A DNA stretch of 64,000 nt, from the NCBI GenBank assembly GCA_965202585.1, contig OZ241829.1, positions 32,178,001 to 32,242,000 on the forward strand, given 5' to 3'. Position numbers and translations under genes: made by a program. Below the pieces are notes generated by a model. The model saw only the letters and a list, made by a program, of their open reading frames with translations. It was not told the DNA's origin and did not search any database. The stretch is from Thalia democratica. Lineage: Eukaryota. Of this stretch, positions 1-11,087 are shown piece after piece; positions within the stretch are counted from its first letter, which is position 1, and each line of letters begins with the position of its first letter.

Positions 1-517
1 CAAAGACGAAAACGAAGCCGACCGCAACAGCAATTCAAACAACAAGGACTACAAAACTGACGAAAACGACGACATCATGCTGGGAATAATCGTGGGCGCC
101 GGCGTCGTCATCGCCCTCGTCTCCTCCGCCTTCCTCCTCCACCGCCGCATCGTCCACAAGCGGAAGCGGGTCGAAGTCGTCAAGTACGACTACCCGAGTA
201 GGCCCCCCATACAAGACGCCTCCACCGGCGAGAACACGTATGACGAAATACGGCCCAGTTACCGTAGCAACACGATGACGCGCATGACGTCATATTCAGA
301 TTACCCGACGCAGTCCGGTGACCCGAGGGGCCGCTACTTCACCATGGTCGTGTCGCCGGACCACAGGCAGGGATGCTACGGTGACGCGCGCTCGTCGCTA
401 GGCAACCGGGTGAGCTGCACGCCGCCGGTCGCCAGGGGCGGCAGGCGCGCGGGCCACTCGCCTCCCTCCTACAGTGAGTGTTTCCTTGACAACGGCGGGT
501 CCGTGGTGGCCGTATGA
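1..517 (+). CDS. 3' terminal exon (5'-truncated by the window edge) of a type-I single-pass membrane protein with a Tyr-motif cytoplasmic tail
   Basis: The frame is open from nt 2 (KDENEADRNSNSNNKDYKTDENDDI) through the tracked ORF 77-517. It has a hydrophobic TM segment (IMLGIIVGAGVVIALVSSAFLL), a basic stop-transfer stretch (HRRIVHKRKR), a tail with NTYDEI/YSDY/YSEC and a C-terminal SVVAV. Codons are strongly G/C-ending against an AT-rich 3' flank. The Met at 77 is probably internal. Confidence 0.85.
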   Translation, partial: KDENEADRNSNSNNKDYKTDENDDIMLGIIVGAGVVIALVSSAFLLHRRIVHKRKRVEVVKYDYPSRPPIQDASTGENTYDEIRPSYRSNTMTRMTSYSDYPTQSGDPRGRYFTMVVSPDHRQGCYGDARSSLGNRVSCTPPVARGGRRAGHSPPSYSECFLDNGGSVVAV

Positions 518-3008
518 CTAGAAGTGGAGGAGATTGGCTGAAGTTGTTATGACGTAACAAACGGTGCAATCTCAATTGATAGGTGAGAAACTGAAAAGAA
601 AATACGATTGAGTTGGAGGATCGATGGAACGCAAATGTTCGCTGGTTATTTGTTCAAATATGTATTTTATATATTTATATATGTAATTAAATATATGTTT
701 ATGTGTCATGTATATATAAGAATCATAACATTATTAGTTAAAGTTTATTTAGAAATTAGCAAATATTGATTTTTTTTGTTCAAAGTTTTAAAACTAAATA
801 CAGTTTTGATTTATTTGTTTTGCGAAACACTAACTCTTATTTCTTTTTTAATGGTTATATTATAAATAAAATTTATATTAACAAAAGTATTTTTAAATTG
901 AGCAAAAAAGTTTAAATAACAGAAAATTATGAACTGTAATTAGCATTTATTTAGTACAAATTAAAATAATAAACGTATTACGTTCAAAAATTTTTTTTTG
1001 AAATGTTATGTATTGAAATTTTATGTTTTTTGTGTTTTTACTACCTTTCAAAATCACTGTGACTAAAAGATACTAGATTTGCTCATTGAAAAAGTAAAAA
1101 AATATTTTTTAATAGTTTTTTTATTAAATACTTTTACTTTGAGTTTTTCTTTATAATTTTTTCATTTTACTTAAACTTGTATTGTGTTGTAATATTAGCG
1201 CACAAATAAATTTTAACCATTTGTTTAAAGTCAATTTTGTAACTTTACATAATATCATTGGGAAATTGCGCTTATTATAATCCTCTTTTTATTCAGAAGG
1301 GTGTGTCAAGTTAATGAAAAACAGCATATGTTACAAAGTATTATTTTGTATTATTTTTACTAAAATTTCAACATCTCGTTAAAAGGTTTGTTAATAAAAT
1401 AGTCTTTGACTTTTTTATTAGAAATTTAATAAATTAAACTCCAAAACAAAAGCGAAAAACTACTTTTGCTTTTTTTTTAATTGAGTTTTATTCTATTAAA
1501 AAAAAATGTAGAAGAAACTTTAATTATTTACTTCAAGTGTATGAATTGTTTACAAATATACTAACATAATACAAAAAAATCTTAAAATGTAAAAAAAAGT
1601 AAAGTATTTAAGAAAAAAATGATTTAAATACTTTTTAACAAATGTTTTTTTAATCATTACTTGATTTTAAGTCACACTAAAATTTTTTTTTTGTTTAAAC
1701 TATTTGTTTTTGAAAAAAAAAAAAAAACTATGCTTACTGAATTGGATAGATTTAACGCGCAAATCAGCTTAATTACTTAAGAGTCAAAGTATAAAGCATC
1801 AGACTACGCATGATACTAAGCCGTCGCAAGTAAAACGATGTAAGTTTTACATAAAAGGATATTTAAATTTTGATCCTTACGATTTTAATGTTATCTCCAT
1901 TTTGTCGTGAACAAACTAAATCGAATCCTATTACGATGGCGTTTGTCACTCGAACACTTCAACGGTTTAAGTTGATTTACAAAGCAGTGATTTGATTTCA
2001 GCAGAGAAATTGTAAGCGGTTGAATACCCGAGTTGTTTGCTCATGTTTTATGCAAAGGCGGCATTTAAAAGGTGATGCCGGATTTCTACTGCTTTCAACA
2101 GTCGAGTTCGCTTCAGTCAAAACAAACAAACTCTCTTTACACACTTTCGAGGGTCACTTTCGGCTGCCAGCTTTCATATTTGTGAAAAACTGTTTGTACA
2201 CAGAGTAATTTTTTTGAGTAAGCTACTGTAAACAATCGAACACCACCCGACTAAGAAGTCATTTTGAATCGGCAGTTTGTTTTTGAAAACAATCATAGTT
2301 CAGTAAGTACACACGGGGAAAATAATATGAAACAAACTCAGTGCCCTCTTTTTAAAAGTAACGACCACTTAACTGTTCAAAGCCAATCAGATAAGTAATA
2401 AAAACAATAAGCTTACTGAAAAAACTATCGGGGCAAGTAAGCGCTTAAAGATGATTATATTAACTCTACTCGTTTTGTTCAATAAAACTTATTAAATAGG
2501 TTTTTTAGTTTAAAACATTTACTTCACGTTAGCATACATAAGCTCTACTTATAAACATTTTATAATTTTTTTAAATTAATCATTTTACAACTTTTAAAAA
2601 TATTGTGATATTAAAAATTCGTTTTTTTGCTTTACTTTTTTTGTATTTTTATTTTTATAAGTTTCTTGGTCTATTTGTTTATTTAGATGTTACATTTTGT
2701 AATTTTTATTGAAAAATGCATAAGTTATTATCTATAATGGTATGCAAAACTAGTTAAACAAAAGATTTAAGTATAGTTTTTTATAATTTACATTGTTACT
2801 TTTAAAGAATATACACAAAATATAAAACTTATTTTTCAAATATGTGTTAAAGTAGCATTGAAACTTAATTGATTCATGATGAGTATGATTACTTGACATG
2901 CCTTTTTTAAGTATACAAAACTTAACATAAAGTTTTATTGAAAAACTGCTAAATGGTATAACTCCCTGTAAAATACTACTTTTATTATGAGGTATTTAAA
3001 AAAATAAC

Positions 3009-3039
3009 ATTTATGAACCAAAGACTTTGGTTCATAAAT
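3009..3039. repeat. Perfect 15-bp inverted repeat with a 1-nt spacer, followed by a ~22-bp tandem duplication
   Basis: ATTTATGAACCAAAG-A-CTTTGGTTCATAAAT, then ATATACTTTGTA(A/G)CTATAAAAT twice (~3038-3082). Confidence 0.85.
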
Positions 3040-4227
3040 ATACTTTGTAACTATAAAATATATACTTTGTAGCTATAAAATAGTCTTGTTGTTTGTTTGA
3101 ATACAAACAACTAAATTAATTTGCGTTGGAAAGCATAAAAATCTTCATAAAAGTTTATCTTGAGCATAAACATAAAACATTTTAAGAAAATAAAATTACT
3201 GACAGAAGATTATCCATAAAAAACGTCGAATTTTTGGAATTTTTCTGCAAAATTAATATTAGTTGTGAGGTTATTTTCATTTTGAATATAAAACTACCAA
3301 CTTTACATCAACTTCTCAACGTCAGGGGCTTTAGACTCGAGCATGTTGGGGAAAATGATAAAATTATTCAAAAAGTTAACGACACGCGAGAGCAGAACAC
3401 GAGGATAAGGATGTTGCCTTGAAATCGATCTGTTGGTGGTTGGTGCGCTCATTAATTTGCCAACTTTATAATTAGCCGTCGCAGAACTGCTGCAAATTTC
3501 CCTTTAGCAATTTTTGTTTATTAAATGCTGTTAAGCTATGCCATAAGTAGTTTCCTTTTCAAGCAAGCTTTTTGGACTGCTACCATCTTTTTTTTTTGGT
3601 TAAACCTGTAATTTTCATTAGTTCAGCAAAACAGTAGTTTTTAAAGCTTTAGCACGTTGCTTTTTATCAAGATAAAAGTTTTTTGTGTACTTTAAAAAGA
3701 ATTTAAACAGATGAACTTCTAAGTTTGATAATTCATTAAGAATAAATTCTTAAATTTAACAAATTAAAAGTTTATTGCAATTATAATGTTTCTCCTTATT
3801 GGGGTTCTCAGTTATAACACTTATTATTCAAAAAAAACTTTCTGCAGCCTTTACAATCTTAGTAGAACTAAAAAAAAAGATGAAACTTATTATGATTGGT
3901 TTGGGCAGTTTATTATAAATAGAAGTGTAAAAGTCAGAGATAACGTAACACTTTAATGTTCTGATGTGTTCAAAATACACAAAAAGTGAAATATCTGTCT
4001 GAAACACCCTTTTAATACAATCAAATTTTTAGAAAGTATATATCAATAAAACATTCTTTTCTTATCATAACCGTGGTTCTACGAAACTCAAGGTGTGAGA
4101 AAGCCGTAAAAAGTTTCAGCAAAGCGCGCAAACGCCTGAACAGCCAACGCAGACGGGCGATTGTGTTACGTTTTCGTTGTTTATACACCAAACAGCTTCA
4201 AATCAATATTCATGCGCAATAAACCTT

Positions 4228-4243
4228 GGGTCACCCTGGGTCA
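4228..4243 (+). promoter_or_regulatory. DR4-type nuclear-receptor response element candidate
   Basis: GGGTCA-CCCT-GGGTCA inside a CpG-containing non-coding island. Motif match only. Confidence 0.35.
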
Positions 4244-5749
4244 CTGCCTTTGCGAACTTCGACTTCCAAAGAATAATTGCGACTGTTACGGCTGTCTGAA
4301 TTGTTGAAGCGTTTTTTGCAATGAAACTTGCATTTTTAAGCGTCTAAACTGTTGTTAAAAAATTAAAAGTTTGAATAGATTAGAGCTAAAAAGTGTGCTA
4401 GTTTGTTACAAGTTTCCTCAAAAATATATCAAATATGTAGTTGTTTTCACAAAATAAAAAATGTATAGTAACTAGGAAAAAAATCAATTAGTTAGTTATT
4501 TGATAATTATGTTTTGCCTATTTTGTTTTGAAAAAAAAAGTTTTGGTATAACCTACTACAATAGTAATAAACCCTAAAGTTATAAAGTAGTGGCATTAAA
4601 ATTTTAATTTTCCGTAAACTATGGATTATCAAAACTAAAAGTTTTGTGGATTCTAGATCCTTTGAAGAAACATGTTGTATCGAAATATCGTGTTTTTTTT
4701 TTGTTACTACCAGTTGAATTATTTTAAAAATAGTTTAGAACTAATGAACTAGATTTTAAACTAAATTTTATTAAAATAAATAGCTATTTTAAATACACTC
4801 GGAATTCGAAAATCTTCTGTGCACAGTAATAAACTTTCGTGTACGCAACTATGCACATAATAACATTTTGTTTTAAAAGGTGTTATAAATTTTCTTTTAA
4901 TTTTGGCTTTGTATTGATTAAAAGAGTTGTATAAGCTGTCTCAGTAAGATTTTCTCCTTAGTACAATTTTGACATTTTAAAATTTAATGATTTTGCTTTA
5001 ATCTATAAAAAGTAACATAAAACCAATAAAATTATTTTTTTAAATTGTACGCACTACATTAAAAAAAAATATATATTTAATTTTACAGGTTTTTTTAACT
5101 CTGACAACAATAAAAATTAAAAAATAGGTTATAAATAGAATACGTAATTTATAAATATTTTTTAAAGGTGTATATTTCTTCCTACGTATTGATTTTATTG
5201 TTACCTCAAGTGGTCTATGTTAAAAAAGTAGTTGTTTAAACATTTATCTTTTTCTTTTACACATTGTAATATTTTAAATACTTAAGATTTTCAGTAATGA
5301 CACACTTTACTAAAATCTTTATTTGCTTACTGGTTGCTTTTTTGTTCAATTTTCTTTTAATCATAATTAAATATTTTTAAGAGTTACATAAGTTTTACTA
5401 TTAATTATTTGGCTTCATTTTTAGCTTTTTTATAATGACAGAGTATTATAAGAAAGCTTAAAGAACTAATGTTAAAAAAAGTTCATTAAAAACTTTATTT
5501 TTTATTTTTTAGTGTTATTTCAATTAAACACTTTGTAAAAAAATGAATTAACAACACGAAAAACACACAAAAAAAGACAAGTTTTATCCCTCCTTAAAAA
5601 TAAACTTTACTTATAATTATGGTGCAAACTCATAGCTAAAAAGCGTATTTTTGACCGTGTTTAAAGTTAAACGCAAGTTACAAAAAAATTCAAAAATCAA
5701 AAAATTAAAATAAAACGGTTAAAAGCCATAAATAGTTTTACAACTTATA

Positions 5750-6850
5750 AAATTCAGCGCATAAAATTCAACTTTATGTGACTTTTGTTCGAAATCGAAA
5801 AAACTCCCGCGTTCGAGCTTGCTGTGAACCCTGACGGAGTTGCCTGTGGCGCAGAGGCAGTAAATTTTAAAGCCAGATTCCTAGCAAAAAGCTTTGAAGA
5901 CGCGGCTGCTGTAAAATCGATAAGCGGGCGAAATCGCAAAAAAAAAGGGGTGGAAATTCATCACCGTGTGTGTGAGTCGAACGTGAATGGAAAACCTGTT
6001 GATGTATCCGTGTGCTTATCTGCGGTGAAAATCTATCAAATGGAGGGAGTTGAAAGTTGCGCTTGTTAAACCGGCGAATGAAAACTCGCAGTCTTTCGGG
6101 ATTTTTCATCTATATTTAGGTTAGCATTTGACGATTTGTACCAAAATGTTTTATGTCAAGTGGTAATTGACTTGTTGTGAACAAATATGTTCTCTAATGG
6201 CAAAAAAAATTATTCAAAGTATCGAAAAGAAACCATATACATTTGATAAAAAGTGTATAAACTTTAGTTTCCAGTTTAAAAAAATAAATAAAAATAAAAG
6301 ACTCAAACACTTTTACTTAAAGAAATTTGTTTCGACGACTTTACTAACTTTTATTTTTCTTTAATCTAACAAAAAAAAAAATTTCTATTCATCAAAAAAG
6401 TTACCAGTCATTCAAAAATAAAAAACACTTAAAACCGTATATACCAAATCAAACTTGAAGCTAATTGACAATCCACCCATCAATGTATGCGTGAAAAAAT
6501 AATATCGAGTTCCGTCTCAAACGCCGCTTATTGGCTTACCCATCCGAGCGTTGCCGCAAAACTCTTTATTGATGTTTTGTCAAAACACCGTCGCGAAAAC
6601 GCGAGCCAAGCGCATCGGTCGGGATATTGATGCGTCGGGCTCGGACGTGTTAAATCTAATAAATGTTCGCTCGCAGACAAGCGAGCCCTGACATCGCTCG
6701 TTTTGAACGAATATTGACAAATGTCAAGCTTCTGCGCGTCACCTGAGATCGCTTCCGCCGGCCCGACAGTGAATCGCTTGCTTGTGAAGTTATACAACGA
6801 AGGCTTGTAAAAATTTGACTTTTTATGAACGATCTTTTTACGATCAATCA
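5750..6850. promoter_or_regulatory. Pair of CpG-rich non-coding islands (putative enhancers)
   Basis: 5750-6110 and 6480-6850 are much richer in GC and CpG than the background. They show no splice-bounded, G/C-ending codon frame, no TIR/TSD and no repeat copy in the window. Confidence 0.4.
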
Positions 6851-9800
6851 GATTTTTCTCTGTTTTAGATTGCTATTGGTGTTCAGAATTTTTAATGCAT
6901 GTTTTATCCTTATTGTTCAGTTTTTTTTTTGCTGTAAAGTGTTATAGTAAAATAAAGATATTGTTTTTTAAATTGACAGTTTTTTCAATGTTTAATGTAA
7001 ACGTACTTTTCCAACAAAGGTAGATTTCACTGCTAAAAATTGTTTTTGTAATATGTCGCAATTTAAGTACTAATATAAACGTATAAATATTATCAAATAT
7101 CGATTAAGCAGTTTTAAACTATCATTAAATTTTCTAAAGAACAAAGGAACTTAGTAAACCTTTAAATTTATATTAAATAAAGAATAACAATGATTCCACT
7201 AATTTAATTTAATTAAAATTAAGATGTGGTAAACTTTTATTGCTTAAAAAATGTTGTTTAGTCTGAATTTTAAAACCTCAACTTGATTGAAAACTACTAA
7301 TTTACTAAAAACTTTACTTTCGTGTAACCTTAAAATTTTAAACAATAAATTAAAAATTAAAAAATCAACTATTCTTTTGTTTTTTATACTTTTACAAGTT
7401 TTGTCAAAACTCGAATTCTAAATCGATTTGAGTGAACGTAAAGTTTTCGCAAAGTTTCATACGAGTTAAAAGTAGTTTCAATTATGACGAACAAAAAGTG
7501 CTCTTTCTACGTTGACACTTCTGGCGACAAGTTAATTTATCGTCGACATCGAAATATTTGAAGACTGCGTCAGTCTTTGTGAAGACAATATCACAACAAA
7601 CAAATTATTACTTTTAAAATACCTAACATTTTCAGTCATAACGAAAATTTTTTATACACTTTTTTGTAAACAAAAAGAGTTTATAAATGGTCCGTATCAC
7701 AACAAAGTTTGAGTTTCGCACCGAGTTATGACATTTGTTTAAAGTACAGCCTACGTGATTGATAAAATACATTAATTAAATTCTCAAAAAAACAATTTAT
7801 GTAGAGTTTTTTTTTTTATCTAAAAATGGTATTGTTACAGCAATAAATTTGCAGTATTGTTTTAACTTATTCAGTTATTTTCTAAATAAAAGTTTCAATA
7901 CGTTTTAGTAATATAAATCTTACCAAAAACAGAACTCAATAAATTGAATTTATAAAAAATTTTTAGGACAATTATAAGAATTATAGAGTTGTGAACTTAG
8001 AACAACTGTTTGACATTAAAATAATAGGTGAAATACTAAAATAAAAAAACCAATATTTTTTAATTATTTTAAGTAAGTTGTTTTTAGCATTTTTTTAGTT
8101 CTTTAGAAATTAATTTAATAATTTAAAAAGCAGTTTTTTCACAATTAAGTGGTACATTTAAATTAAACACTTTTTTAGAACAAACTCCTCAAGTTACCTT
8201 ACACAATCGTTTATTCATGACTTTGTTTAGTAAATGCTATTTAATTTCACTAAAGTTGAAGTTGATTTGTATTTAGAGTGTAATGTACGACAATTAATTA
8301 TCAAAACTTCTGTACCAACAAAGTATAATGAGTCATTTGATTATGTTTAATTATTCGAAAAACTAAATAACTAAACTTTAATAACTATTTAAGTAATATT
8401 TGCTTATAAGGCAGTAGAACAAGATTGTTTATTTTTAACTTTAAGAAAATTGTTTCTTTTTTTTTAAACAACACCTTTTCTTTTCAAACACGTTGTAAAA
8501 AGTTTAAAGTGTGCTAATATACAACTATAAAGTTCCGATTTTTCCAAAAAATAGTGATTATTAAACAAACTTATTAACCAGTATATAAAACTAACTTCAA
8601 TTTTTCATAGGTGATTTAGTATAATTAAACAAGGTTACCATTCAATTTAGAAATCAATCTTAGTTTCTTTTTTACAAATAAGTAAGTATAACTCTTAAAC
8701 TAACAAAAAACAATCGAAATAAACGTAGAATACAATATAAAGAACTCTGTAAGCTGTTATTTACCCAGAAGTTCTGGCAGTACGGTATATTTAGTCTTGA
8801 TAGTTCTTTATGAACTTAAGTTGCTTCTAGGAGTTCAAAATTGCACAATTAGACTATTTAGTTAAAAAATCTGGGCTTAATTAAAACGTATAAAAAAACT
8901 AATTTCTCTAAACAATACTAAATATACATAGGTTTGAAAAATTTTTTAAAAATTGTCATAAAATGTCATTTAAATCAAGCTTTATTAAGTAAATTTTCTA
9001 CAACTTTTTAATCGGTTTATTTCATTTGTCATAATATTTAAACGTGTTTCAATGTATTTTGAAAAATAAAACTACTCTTTAAATAACAAATATTGAAAAG
9101 TCAACAAACTAAGATAAATGTTTAATATTTTAAAGCGTTGATTGTAATCTAAACAATTCTCAGAAACTTCAAATTTTCTTTAACTTGCATATACTAACTT
9201 TAAGACGACCATATGTCGAAATTTTATCATTTTAAATGCCTCTCTTTATTAAAAACTGTGTAATATGAAGTTTTTGTTTTTTTAATATTCTATTATTAGA
9301 TTTACTAAAAATAAATGTATAAAAAGCGATATTTTTTTCAGAACCTAATAAAACTTCAATAACTGTTCTGATTTTACTGTTCTTCAATACTTTCTTTTTG
9401 TATATCTTAGGTATAAAATAAACAGTTTAAGCTATTAAGCTGATAATTTTTAAAGGATTGAAAAACTTAAACCAAAAAAATCATTTTTAGCAAAGTATCT
9501 ATCAGGTAAGATACGTAACAGTATAACTATTTAAAAATATCAAAACTATTGAAAAGTTGCAAGTTATACAATACGTGATGTAAGAACGAAAAAACACACA
9601 ACTCAGACTAGATACTCATCTAGAGAAAAGTTCTTTCAATCTTTTTTCGATATCGCTATCTTTAGAAAAATCTTTATGGCTAAATAAATAAAAACTTATG
9701 TTTTTGTTTTCATTCTAGAACTCGTTACATTTTAAAGCTATGAGTTCAACTTATGGTAATCTTATGTAAACAAGTAATAGACTTAAAAAAATTTATAGAA

Positions 9801-10574
9801 GTAAATGTATATATTAAAAGTTATTATTTTGTTTAATAGTTTTAGTTATATATGATTAATCAAAAGTATAACAATTAATTCGTAATTCGTTTGTACTCAA
9901 GAAAAGTTCAAGTTTTTAAAAGTATCTGGATTTAAAGCAAATGGTTTGTTTATCCAAATGCAAAACTGTTTCTTTTTCAGTAATATCGCTTTAGTAAACT
10001 TACATTATCATTGCCCTTTTTAGTAGCTGTTTTAAAATAACTTTGCTTTTTAGAAAAAACGTTGTAATGTGTCATTAAGCCGACGTGTATAATGATTTTT
10101 TATCTGTTATACGAAAGAAGTCGCCTTGTTGGTAAAATGGGCGAGCTAACATTGGCTACTCTTCTGATAGCGCTATGAAAACGTCTTTGTTGCAAGCTTA
10201 TTTAAAAACTTCATATACATAATAAGATATTTGAATTAACCACCAAGAAGCCTGAGAAGCTTGAGCATTCGTTGAGGAGAATTTAGTTTTAGTTCACCGA
10301 ATTCATCATACAAAAGTTTAAACCGCACCATTTTTAAGTACTTATCATTTATAATCAGTGGCAAAAATTTCGTGCAGATAGCAAAATAAAAAGTCGATTT
10401 GAAAATTTTTGTTTATACAGTACTTATTTCAGTTTTTTTAATTAAAGTAATTAAAAAAATGTACGTTTTTTGTTAAGTCATCATAAAAATAAAGCCGTTA
10501 ACAGATTTAATTTATTTTCAAAACAACTTTATTTTGATTTAAGCTTTTACAATTATTTACTTGATTATTTAAAT

Positions 10575-10877
10575 CAGGGTTAGGCATGCATTTGGTGTTT
10601 CGAAAATAAGAATATTCGCGGACCAAAGTTGTAGTTTCAGTTTTTACTCTTCATAGCAGACCCAGAATACCTAGTACAAGTTTTAAGTTTCTCGTGCAAT
10701 GTACCTAGGACCTTTCTTTTTGCTTTTCCCTCAAACCTCAGATTATCTAGTGCAATATTAATTTATTATATTTGCGGGCCGCAGGCTTCACCTTTCATGG
10801 GCCGCATTCCATTTAAAATAAAAATATGCTCGCGGGGCACAATTTTACACTTCATGGGCCAAAGTTTGCCGCCCCTG
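10575..10877. mobile_element. Degenerate hAT (Charlie/Buster-type) MITE
   Basis: Ends CAGGGTTAGGCA and TTTGCCGCCCCTG, internal GCGGGCCGC motifs, flanks ATTTAAAT/ATTTAATT (7/8, central TA). Confidence 0.65.
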
Positions 10878-11087
10878 ATTTAATTAAACAATTCTCATGT
10901 TGAAATAATAACAGTTTGGTTATTTAATAAAATATTATCTCTCAAATAACCCATCTTAAGTACGTCATATCGTAATTATTTTTACAAAAAAATATTATCA
11001 TTCATAACTGATAGAAGTTTAGATTGTTGAAGCAAACGCATTAACCAAAACACAAGCCTTATTAAAAGTAATGTAAAATCAAGAAAA

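Noticed and set aside
5754-6847. Several overlapping 60-94-aa ORFs in the CpG islands
   Set aside because: They show no G/C-ending codon bias like real exons here, no compatible splice sites and no recognisable motifs. Stop-poor GC-rich DNA explains them.
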